Source: Amoebophrya sp. A120
Lineage: Eukaryota; Protista; Dinoflagellata
Direction: 5' to 3'
NCBI GenBank assembly: GCA_905178155.1
Contig: CAJINV010000016.1
Span: 620,001 to 684,000 of the forward strand
Length of the DNA stretch: 64,000 nt
Part shown: one piece after another, positions 24,901 to 35,944 of the stretch
How the letters are laid out: each line of letters begins with the position of its first letter
Position numbering within the stretch: the stretch's first letter is position 1
Notes under the pieces: model-generated
Seen by the model: the letters and a program-made list of their open reading frames with translations, nothing else
Told to the model about the DNA's origin: nothing
The model's database searches: none
Position numbers and translations under genes: made by a program

Positions 24901-27740
24901 TCTCCAGCCCGTTGCTGTTATGCACTGCAAAAGCATCGTACTAGTGGTAATCGCATTACAAATTCGCTCAGCATGACGACTGGAATTTGTGATGCTGTTT
25001 TACCTCGGGATGAAAATTTGTAATGCATGACTGCGATTACTAAGAGTGGATACTTTTGCAATGCATAGCTGTGCGACCCGATCAATTTGATCCCTTTTCC
25101 GCAGGAGGAGTTCACCGGCTTCGAGATCCAGAGGTCGGACTTGATTTTCGCGTTGCTGGAGGACGAGCTGTTCTTGTTAGGATTTCCTCCTTTCATATGC
25201 AAGAAAAGAACTGTGTAAGTGTAAATCTGTGATGCAGAAAATGCAAAACAGTTACACTTGTCATGCTCAACATGCATGATCGGGTTGCTTCCTGTGTGTT
25301 TTCCCTTCCTATCTGCGCATAACAAGTTTTTCCTGTCATGGCAGACCAACTTGTGATGCTGTTTTCCCATCAAAAGACTTACACTAAAACATTTTTTTTC
25401 TTGGATATTTCAACACTTCCAAAAACTTCTTCCCGTCCTCTGGAAGGATAAACGTCTCCGGTGTGATGTCAAACTCGTTGATATACTGCCGCTTCATCCT
25501 CATGATGTTCCGGCACATCAAGTCTTTCCGACCCAAATACCAGGAGTAGGGGAAGTGGTTGGTCCGTTGCAGGCTGTTATGCACTGCAAAAGCATCGCAC
25601 TCAGTATTTCAATCGCAACTATGCATGACAGATCTGCGTTCCTACCAAACTCCGCATGAGAAATTGCAGCTTTTTTCCTGAAGAGATTTGTCATGCGATT
25701 TACACTTCTGCGATTCTTTTGCATTGCATAGCTGTGCATCTGCCGCAGCTTCTCCGGCTTGAAGTGGCCGTTCCAAATTAACGAGTACCGGGGGTGAGTC
25801 GACTCAATTTTGCTGTCGTAGTACTGCAAACCCCCTTTCTTCATGGAATTCAAAACACAATTGTACACGTGTACCTTGTATGGAATGCAAACATGTCTGG
25901 GTCTGGAAGGATGCAAGGTCTGTCTTGCTTGTCCGGCATGTATGCGTGTCCAAGAAGAAACCCTTTTGCTTGTCATGCAAAACGGAGCTTGTCATGCGGA
26001 AATCGCAACACTAAGCAGCGCGCATATTATTTCTCATGCTTGGCTGTGCATTAAAGAGAGTTCTCTATTCACAAGTCAGCATTACAACTTTCCAGACCCA
26101 GACATTTTTGCAATCCATACCTTGTTCGTGTGCAGCCAGTACATGGTCGGGATTTTCGTCCCGTTAAGATTTTTATCAAATGCAAATATCCCTGGATGTC
26201 TGGAAACTTGTGATGCTGGGTGGCGTATCATGAGGCGGCCACAAGTGCTGGCTCAGCATGACAAATTTCTGAGCTTCTAGGTGCTAGCTATGCCTATTCT
26301 ACTGCATGACAAACCGCTTTTCTGCATGACAGAAAAGTGGGGCTCTTGGGTAACGCGCATGACAGACTTTGGGGTCATGCTGGCAGAGCATGACAGACCT
26401 CCCATTCTTCCAGACCCAGACATTTTTACAATCCATAATTTTTGAAAATCCTCGCGTTCTTCGCCTTCTCCGCTAGTCTATCCGCCGTTATGCAAGAAAA
26501 AAACTGTGTAAGTGTAAATTTGTGTTGCAGAACATGCAACAGAGTTGCGCCTGTCATGCCAGACAGCCATGGAGTCCTCTTTTCATGTGTGTTTTCCCTT
26601 ACAAGCCACGCATGACAGGTGTTCTCTGTCATGTAGAGCAAATTTGTGATGCTGTTTCCCAAAGAAAGTTACACTTACACACTTTTTTCCTGTGATAGCC
26701 GTGTTGAACCGATTACTATTTTGCTGCTGATGTTGATGTTCTTGTTCCGTCAAGCTTGAAGATGTCAAAACCGCGGAAGATTTCACCATGACTCGTGGAT
26801 ATTGCATCTGGTTCGGGTATTCAAAGTACACCGTGGGGCCGAGGAACTGGGGAAAGGCGGACTCGAGCAAGGAAACCGTGTCCGACTGCGGGTGCCGGTT
26901 CGCCATGATCCTGCCCTTCTTCGTCTTTTTGTTCAGCGTTGCAATCCCAGCAGCGGTGGTCGTCGGCCCGCCGTTGGACTTTCGAACTTGGTGATAGTTG
27001 CTCACAACTTGTTCACCCGCGGCAGGAACAACAGCGCCAGCATTCGTCGTTGTCGTCGTGTTAGAAACGGAGCTGGTTCTGCTGTCCGGGCGGGAATTGG
27101 AGGCTCCGCCACCCGGGTTTAATATTTGTTCCTGCTGTTCCAAATTCTCATCACCTCCGTCCGTCACGATTCCCATTTGCTTCCGCAACTGTGCTTCCTT
27201 CATCAGCTGCCTGGCGAGCAATCCCCGGGGCGTCGTGTTGTTTTTCGTGAAGTCTTGCTCTTCGAATTGCTCTTCTGTATCGGTGAAAACCTCGGTCTTG
27301 AATAAACCATTCGATGCAGCTGCTGCTGCATTTTCGCCCGTTTTACTACTATTTGATGCTCCCCATTTCATCTGCGATAGGTAATCACAAAACCTTTTCC
27401 GCCTCTTCCGCTCCTGCTCTGCAGCGTATTTGGCTCTCACTTTCCTTACCGCTGGATCTGTCGGCTTGATGTTGAAATCGAGCTTGTGTTGGTCAGAAGT
27501 GCTATCATTCACCGGCGTAGCGACGTTCGAGGAAGAAAAAAACCGCGGCCGGACTAAGCTCTCCGCCGCGTCGTCCGAAACCTTAAACGCCTTCACGTAG
27601 TCGATTTGTCCCGAGGCGGTCCGGCCGCCCCGCGTCCCTTGGGCAGTAGTGGACTCTCGGTTTAAGTTATGCTCCTGTCGGCTCTTCAAAAAGCGGGAAT
27701 GGGACGGGTCGGCGGCCTCTGCTGCTGTGCCGACGCGCAT
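21937..27740 (-). CDS. Tubulin-tyrosine ligase-like tubulin glutamylase (TTLL4/TTLL5-type); 11 IR introns plus 2 GT-AG introns
   Basis: TTL motifs NHFPYSWYLGRKD, WISKPVNSSCGKGI, VVQKYVNPPLLIKGYKFDLRIYV, HLTNYSVNK, FEIYGFDVLLD...PWLLEVNVSPSL. Confidence 0.92.
22134..22394. mobile_element. IR-intron family A (left end TCT)
   Basis: DR aagcg/aagcg. Confidence 0.9.
22444..22708. mobile_element. IR-intron family A
   Basis: DR ctagg/ctagg. Confidence 0.9.
22755..23034. mobile_element. IR-intron family B
   Basis: DR aaggg/aaggg. Confidence 0.9.
23748..23894. mobile_element. IR-intron family C (short, TIR TATGCAYTGCAAA)
   Basis: DR cccag/cccac. Confidence 0.85.
23979..24237. mobile_element. IR-intron family A
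   Basis: DR ttcct/ttcct. Confidence 0.9.
24919..25067. mobile_element. IR-intron family C
   Basis: DR gctgt/gctgt. Confidence 0.88.
25196..25407. mobile_element. IR-intron family D (TATGCAAGAAAA..CTGTGTAAGTGTAA)
   Basis: DR tttca/tttca; homologous to 26489. Confidence 0.88.
25578..25730. mobile_element. IR-intron family C
   Basis: DR gctgt/gctgt. Confidence 0.88.
25879..26119. mobile_element. IR-intron family A
   Basis: DR ccttg/ccttg. Confidence 0.9.
26174..26437. mobile_element. IR-intron family A
   Basis: DR atttt/atttt. Confidence 0.9.
26489..26697. mobile_element. IR-intron family D
   Basis: DR gccgt/gccgt. Confidence 0.88.
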
Positions 27741-27879
27741 CGGGTAGTGCCGTGCGGCGCTCGTCGGGCGAGAAAGACGGTGGGGGAGCTGTTGGTGTTT
27801 TAGGGTTTTGGAGTTTCATCGGGAAAAGAACTTGTTTTCGTGGAATCAACCTAAGCCGCGCGTGAAACCAGGGCAAAGT

Positions 27880-28482
27880 CTTGACTTAAGTAGTGCGCGA
27901 AGCACTTTGGCCAAAAGTGATACACGCACTACTGATGCCCTAAGTCGTACTTAGCCTAAGTCGTTCGCGAAGCACTTGGCCTTAACTCGTTCGCGAAGCA
28001 CTTAACCTTAAGTCGTTCGCGAAGCATTTTAGCTCTTAAGTCGTTCGCGAAGCACTTAAGCTCTTAAGTCGTTCGCGAAGCACTTAAGCCCTTAAGTCGT
28101 TCGCGAAGCACTTAAGCTCTTAAGTCGTTCGCGAAGCACTTAGGCTTAAGTCGTTCGCGAAGCACTTACGCTTAAGTCGTTCGCGAAGCACTTTAGCTCT
28201 TAAGTCGTTCGCGAAGCACTTAAGCTCTTAAGTCGTTCGCGAAGCACTTAGGCTTACGTCGTTCGCGAAGCTGCACTTCTGAGCATTTAAGTCGTTCGCG
28301 AAGCACTTAAGAGCCCTAAAACCTTTCGCGAAGCACTTGTTCCGAGCTCTTAAGTCGTTCGCGAAGCACTTAAGAAGTCTTAAGTCGTTCGCGAAGCACT
28401 TAAAGGAAGCCTCAAGTCGTTCGCGAATCACTTCAAGCTAACTACTTCGCGCAGCACCGCCGCTTAGGTCACTCGCGAAGCG
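27880..28482. repeat. Palindromic minisatellite, ~27-30 bp unit, ~20 copies
   Basis: Core ttaagtcgttcgcgaagcacttaa with 3-10 nt variable linkers. Confidence 0.92.
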
Positions 28483-31400
28483 CATCTTCCAGATCCTCCA
28501 TTCCGTCAATCGCGGTGTACTACACGACGCACTTTCATCATACATTTCTATCTACTTTTTTCATCGACATGCTGAATTCATCTTATCCAAGTCAAAAGCT
28601 ATACCTCCTGCACCGCCGACGCAGCTGCAGTCGACGCCGTGTCCGAGGCGTCATTCACATTCCCCGAGCCCGCATCCACATTCCCCGGACCGAGCGTCGT
28701 GGCCCCGTAGGTTTTCCGGTGCGGAATGGTCCGCAACCGCTCCGCCACAACGGACGACCGAGAATTGTACTGGGCTTGCTGCTGCTGCTGTGATGTTGCG
28801 CCGCTGTTCCTTTCCGCCAACAGTTTTTCCACAGCGGTATTCAAAAGCGAATTTGATTTTTGCAGGGAGATGCTCGTACTGCTGGAATGGGAGCTTTTCG
28901 TAATCGCCGTCTCATGCCGAAGTTTCAGAGCCGCATTTTCGCTGGTGAGGTTTGAGGCGTGACTCGCGTGCTGGTTCATTTGCTGCTGTTGTTGATGACC
29001 TCGTGGTGTCGGACCGAGTAGGGGCACCACCTGCTGTCGAGTGATCATGTTTTTCACGTTTTGCTGTCCTCCGCCGATCCTGTTGTAATCCCTTCTGGAA
29101 CTAGAGCTCGCACTGTTTCCCGTGCCAACCAACACCGCGTCGGGTTCTCGGTCTTCTGTATTGAACAGAAATTGTTGCCCGTACCCCACGTTATTCTGGC
29201 TATTGCCCCGGATGAAATCGTCACTGTGCATGACCAACGGCGACAACCGCATCTGCTTTTTGCTCACCTCGTTTGATGCGTCTCTGTCCCCACCGAAACT
29301 CGCAAATTTCTGTCCGACCGTCGTGTTGTCCCTTTCCACTTTCAACGGGGAACCGGGATTAACCAGCTGTTGGCTCGCGAGACTGCTGTTCGTCCCCCCA
29401 CTGCTGGGAAACATTTGCATGGGGCGCACCGGTGACGCTGCGGCGGACAGAACCACCATGTCGTTCTCCGTGGATATCGGTAAAGGAGACATCCCCGCGG
29501 GGAGCGGGGACATGGCGAGCGTGGTACCGGGAGATTGCTGTGGATTCATTTTCGGTTGCAGAAATTTCGTCTGGCTCGAATTCATCTCCTTCACGGTGTC
29601 TTTCGTGATCAGCATCTTTTGCTGCTCGGGCGTGGCGCTGGATCCAGGTCGCGTTGCAGAATTACCAGTTGCGGATGGCAAGAAATCGCTTGACATCCTC
29701 GCAGCAGCTCCCGCCGTGGTTGAGCCGCCATTTGCTCCTTCTACGTGGTCGAGCCCGATGGGCAAACTCGCTCCACCAGGGGAGTGCAGGAAGTTGTCCC
29801 TTTTTAAAATCACGAGGTTCGCATTTGGGTTCAGCTGGGTCGGAAGGAAATCGCGGGAGGCGGAATTTTGGGGCGGCTCTACCGAACCTGCTGCAGTTGC
29901 GCTGGAGTTATTTGGCGGTGACTTTGGCAGATTGGCAACATTTTGCTGATTGCTACCACCAGGGCCGGCAAGCCCCGCACTAATATTGCCAGCCCCCGCG
30001 TGATTTTTAGTACTGCTTCCACTACCAGACGAAGAAGATACCGCTGCACCCATTCCCGCAACCAGCGCCGCCACACTGTTCGGCCTTCGCAGGTGACTCG
30101 ACCGACTCGGATATGGTGAGCAAAAACGTCCCCACCCCAGAGTCAAGATGGCAAATGTGCTACACAAATCCACCAGCTTCGGCTGTTGCGCGTGACAAAT
30201 TTGGATTCGCAATGTAGGAGTGTTTAGCTAGTGAAGCAGCATCACAGATCTCGCATACCATGCGGATGTGCGCATCACAAATTGCAAAAAACCAATACAG
30301 ACCACTTCTCATGGGTCTCCGCATGAGAAACATTCTCAGCATGGAGATTTGCATTACCAAATATAGCCGCCGGGGCGGAGGTAGTGAGGTCGTGGGCGTT
30401 TTCTTGCCGGGCGTCGCCTTGGCCGCGGCTTTGCTGTTTCTGGGGCCGCCATACCGCCGTGAGTAACGTTAGGCAGCACGGTATGGCGGCCGCTCCATAA
30501 ACGTCGCAAATTTTGGCAAATCTCCGAAATTCCTTCCCGAAAGCCAGCCCCCATGCTATGGAGCCGATCCGGGCGCCACGGGGGGCGCCCAAAAAGCGAA
30601 GGAAAATCGGGCCCATAGCATGCGGATTGGCTTTGCGCGTCCGGGGCGCTTTTTCTTTTTCGCGTTTCTATTTTTCACGCCGGCGCTTTTTGTAAAGCTT
30701 CCCAGGCTCTGAAACCGGCGAAAAGGCTGCCGCTTTCGCGGCCGCCCAAAATGCTCCGAAATCGCGGCCGTGCCATGCTGTTTCGCTGTTTTGATTTTGG
30801 GCGCGTTTTTTTCGCGCTGCTTTTTGGGCGCCCCAAACCGCCAGAAACCAAGGCGGTGGGCGCCTCAGAAGGGCGCCCCTTTTGCCGGCTCCCCTGCGTC
30901 GTTTTACCCAGCGGCGATCGATAGAATCCGCTGGCGATTCGGTGCCGACACAGCCAGAGCCGCTTGATAATTAAAAACTTTTTATGTCAAAAAACACTTC
31001 CGCCCGCTTGAAAACTGACGGCCGTTTTGCTGTCTGGCTGGCAAAAAAACTCCCCGGTTAGAACCGTTCGGTGGCCTCACTACATACAACTCTGGGGTGG
31101 GGACGTTTTTACAAATGATATCGGACTGCCGGGCATCGGGCCCGCGGAAAACGGCGGGTCGATCGGCGAAACGGATTTGCTGTTCTCCGCCGTGTTGATA
31201 TTACCGATCGCAAGCTGCGGGTTCGGTGCAACCTTTTTGCTTAAGTGTTGCGCAGCTGCAGTTCCTCCGGGGTTGACCTGCAGCTGCAGCTCCCCCTGCA
31301 GAAATTGCCCGCTATCGCCGGCGACACTCGGAGGACCACTTGCCGCAGTTGCCATACTCGTCTTCCCGCTGATAATCCGAACGTAACTACTCGTCGCCGC

Positions 31401-32688
31401 AGAAGGTGTCGTGGTCGTGCCAGTAGTGCCAGCACTTGTTGTAACTGCTCCACTTGGCGATGACAAACTTTTCATTTTCAACCCGCTGTCATGCGCACAA
31501 CTAAACGAACTGCTCGAGCTGCTACTCGCACTGTTCCCGCTCATTGAACACACCACCGCCCCGCCACCCATTGGCGGATTCATGAGCTGGCTCTGGCTGG
31601 GCGGGTTGTTACTGCTGTTGTGGTTCCTGCGCAACGACCGGGGCTTCGGCGACCGGGGGAGCGGCATCAGAAGAATGTTGTTCGGGGAAGTGTTCATCTT
31701 GTTTGCCCCTTGTCCTCTTGCCGATGTTGTACTTGGTGCTCCACTTGTCAGCATGTCATGGTCAGCATTTATTCCACCGTCTTGTTTCCCCGGTGAATTC
31801 GAATTTGATGCGAGTTGTTTTTCCGGCGAGTTGTCTACCGAAGTGACGTCTACCGGGCTCCAGCCAAACGGCGCCTGGTGCGGTCCGGGGGGTATGGGGG
31901 TGAAAAGATTTTCATCAATCAAGGTGAAATACAGGTTTCAACGAGAAGTAGTAAAGTTCGAAACATCTTATGGGACAGCGAACTTTTTGCTGCGTGCACA
32001 ACCGTCGACTTTGCATAAACAAAACACGATCGAATTTTATTCCACCCCTTGAGTGTTTAAAAGTCTTTCATCCCGTATCGCTTGGCGGTGATGCCGAGAG
32101 CAAGTTGTGCAACAGATTGTGACTCGGTGAAGACGTAGAGTTACAATTGCTGCTTCCAGCTGCACCTCCTATCATCGCCACATGTTGCGCCGCGGTTGCC
32201 CCCTGGCTGAACAGTTCCCCGTTCCCGCTGGATCCTCCGCGAAGCAGCTGTTTCCGCATGCTGGAACTTATCCCGAGGGAAGAGGAGGAAGAATTGGTCG
32301 AGTTTTGCGCATGAGCAGGGTGTAGTCCGTTACTAACACCGTTGCGCAGGTTCGGCGCGCCGCCGAAGGGTCTTTGCTCCTTCCGGTGCATGAGCTCCAC
32401 GCCGTTGACGATAGGGTCGGCGCCGTGGGTCAGATGCGTTGATGCTCCACCAGCACCGGCGGAGAACACTTCGCCGCGGATGCTAGCTTTCCTTCTGGAG
32501 GAGCGCGACTGCGGGTGTTGCTGCATCAGCTTCTGGGCGGCCGTGCGCGGCACGTGCAACTGCGCGGACAACCGGCTGATTTTACCGCCGTAGAGATTCA
32601 GGTCGAGGACGTCGCCGCCCGGGTCGTGGTGGTCCGCCATTGTTTTGGAAGAAGTGCTGGAGTGATGCAGGAGCACCAGGGGCTGCAC
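28469..32688 (-). CDS. Low-complexity (Ser/Gln/Asn/Gly-rich) hypothetical protein
   Basis: ORFs 32068-32688, 31080-31922, 28599-30212; PGSP|SRSSH in frame after removing 30112-31120; probable last exon YTAIDGMEDLEDALRE* after a GT-AG intron. Confidence 0.7.
30112..31120. mobile_element. IR-intron family B expanded to 1.0 kb by nested element E
   Basis: DR tcgga/tcgga. Confidence 0.9.
30357..31086 (-). mobile_element. Element E, copy 3 (diverged), nested in an IR intron
   Basis: gtagtgaggtc / ggcctcactac IR; internal matches to copy 1 (e.g. gggcgcctcagaagggcgccccttttgccggctcc); splits the host motif gcatta|caact. Confidence 0.75.
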
Positions 32689-35600
32689 AGAAAACTTTTC
32701 ACGTGTTCTTGGGGGCCGGTTTGTCTAGTAGTCTTCAGCTTCGATGGCTAAAGCTAGTGAAAAAACGAGCAGGAGTGCAAGCTCGGACGAAGATGGCAAG
32801 AACTGCGGCACCGGTGGCCCGGTGGCTGTGCGGGCAAAAAATCTTTACGTAATTGGTTCTCCCACATCAACACTTTGTGAGCGCGTCGCACAACAACGCG
32901 CGGGAAAGGGCCCGGCGGTGCAGCGCTGCTCGAGTTATTGAGTTTCGGCTTTAGCTTGAAAAAAAATATGCACCGCCGGCGGTGGCTCCTAAAAACATGA
33001 GAAACGACGAGAAATAGTAAAGATGTTGCGAAGCGTGTTGCGGCGACACTGATGCGACCAAGCACGTTCTTGCAGTACTTCTACATTTCGAAATAACCTG
33101 AGATCATCTCGCACACGCTCCTCTTGTCTCTCTCGAAAGATGCACGCACTAAGTCTTACTCTTAGTGCGAAGAATTTGCGTTATCACGAAGTAGAGGCCT
33201 GGCGAGTGCGCCGCGAGCAACCAACGGACGTCGGGTCGACCACGGCCGAGCCGCCCGCGGATGAAAGCGCGAGAACGATAATAGCACGGGCAGCGCGCCG
33301 CAGTCGCGCCAATTCCCCCTGCGGGGCGCTTTGCGCGCGAAGGCACAAAATGCTTGTGGCGGCCGACTTCGACGGCAGGGTAGGATGTGCGAGGCATCGC
33401 GGAGACGCCGCGCGCATCCGCCGAGTGTGATTGGGGGTGCAGAAATAAGAGGTGCCGGCCCGGCGCCTGCGGATGCGACTGTGCAGCAGCCCGTGGAAAA
33501 AATCTTTCCCAATCCGGAAGAGTGCGTCAAGTGCAGACGGCAGTAAACAGTACCTCGGTCCGGGCGATGATAGGACTGCGTGACGCAATTGGGGGGGCGG
33601 ATCGCGTTTCCGCTTCGCTATCCGCACGGCGAGCAGAAATGCCGCCGTCCCGGGAAACGGAATGCGGAATGATCGCCCCTGAGAAGCTGCGAAACTTTGG
33701 CTTCCATCCCGGGTCGCGGCGCTGCTCTGCGTGAGCCTCGGAGGGGGAAGCGCGACTGCGTCAATGAAGCACGAAGCCGCTGTGTCCGGCAGGCCGGGTC
33801 GCGGGCAGCACCGAATTAAGACGGGCGCCGACCGCGGGGGCTCTTTGGCTCAGAAGTAGTAGCAGCCCTGATCGGTCGCGCGTCGCGGCGCAGGACGTGA
33901 CGGGGGTAGTGGAGTGGAGACCGCCCGCCCGTAAAGGCGACCGGCGCTCCGTAGGCCCGGTGGGCAGCGCCAAAGCTTTGCGCTTTTTTTCGTAAACATC
34001 GCGGGACCCGCGGCGCTGGATTTCACAACTTTCCGGCGGCGGGAACGCGGTGCAGGGCCCTATATAGGGCACCTCCTTGCTGGTACTTTCTACCGGATTC
34101 CGGACCCTGGGCACCCCACCTGGAGGGGGGCGGAGACGCGGAATTTTTCAGATTTTTCAAGAAACATAGGAGATCTTCCAGGGTGGATGTGATCTGTTCT
34201 GGTCGTTCGAAAGACGAGGGAAAACAATAAGGACACCAGAAAGAGCTAACCTCGTTGGTCCATGTCTCAAGGCTGGACACCAGGAAGCCCGTTAATTTGA
34301 ATTTTTCCAATTTCGAGAATTTTTGAGCATAGGCATACACGTCAGCAAATCGACTTCTTTTGAGCAATGAGGTACATGCAACGTCGTACCGCATGCCTTT
34401 CTGGTAACTTTCTCACTCAACTACGCACCCACTTTACCCCTATGGAGGAAAAATGGACGGCCTGGCATTTTTTAATTTCTTAAAATATGCAAAAAATCAC
34501 CAATGTTGCTTATAGTTGATGGATGTTTGGACACCATATGGGCACAATCTAATAAAGTAACCAGATACAGTCTCCATTTGGGTGATTTTACCACATTATT
34601 TAACGCACTCAAAAAAAAAACATTTTTTTTTTATTTTCCGATCCTCCAAAAAAAATATTTCCAAACAGTGTAAGAAGGCCTATAAAATCACAAAGATCGC
34701 ATTGCTCCAGCTCATACTTATTGTCTGGGTGCATCATGTACGCAAATTGTAGACCTGCGCACACTTTTAACCTATGTCACTTTTTTCAGATTTTTGATGT
34801 GTCAAAAAATAACGGCAAAAAACCCCAAGCATTAATGTGATGCACATGGGGAGAGCGCAACACATTGCACCTGTTTCGTTAGAGTTATCAAAATTAGTTA
34901 ATTTTATGGATTTTCCATGACTCTTAACAACTTCAAAAAATTTGAATTTTTTGAATTTTTCAAAAATATTGGAAATTTAAGCGCTTTCAGTTCCGTCCGT
35001 CCTAGTATATAAAAAGAGGGCACAAAAACATTAAGGCACTTGCTTTCCGCCTCTGTTTCTGCTCGGTTTTGACGACCACGCACAAGACGCCTTATCTCCT
35101 GGCTGTCCATTTTTTCAGATTTTTCTTGGGAAAGGAAGGCTTTACCTTTACAAAGGTCTTTGGCTCCGGCCAATGGATAAAGAACGCACCATCCTAGCCA
35201 AATGCGCCCGGTGCAAGAGCTTGTCCACCCTGTAGGCCACCGCGGCAGGCCCCTCCGCTTTTTCAGCAATGGCCTGGATGCCGCCAGGCCTGGCATGCGT
35301 ACCCCCCCCCCCTGCCTCGGCCGAGGGGAGCCGACGCGTTTCTATTCTTCACCGGGTTGCGGGGGCACACTACGATGGGCACTCTCGCTGGCCCGGGACG
35401 GTTTTGCACAGCGGGGGCCCTGCGCCAGACGGTGCGCGCCCCGGCGTACTCAATCGGGCCCCGCGCCTTAGAGAGGGTCGCGACATCACAAGCAGGGGGG
35501 CCGGCACGACTATTTTCCGCCGGAGGCCCAGCATTAGCAACCCGCGCAAGTTTAGGCTATTGCGGGAATTGCAAAACCAAGCGCCCTACATTCCGGGTCG

Positions 35601-35944
35601 GCCAAATCGGGCGCCGCGAGTTGAAAGAAGTGGTAGCGGCGGCGCCGCAATATCCAACCCCGTGCAGCGCTTGGAAGCTGCAGCGCAAGCGGAAGCGCTT
35701 TAGAAAATCTCATACACGGCTTCTCTCTTCAGAAAGCATGCGAACCGGCCGAGATCGCGAAATAAATAGCCAAGCGCAGAGAGCTACCCGAAGATCACAC
35801 TTTTGGCGTTCTTCTTTCGTTTGTTTTTGTGGGTGGACTTTGACTGTCCGAAAACGAAATTAATACGTAAAAGATCTTCTACCATGTGAAGAAAATCGAC
35901 GACAAAGAGATCTCGGACATCAATCTACCTTGTTCTTCAACCTC

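Noticed and set aside
27880-28482. CRISPR array
   Set aside because: Linkers are only 3-10 nt and resemble each other; no cas genes; eukaryotic context.
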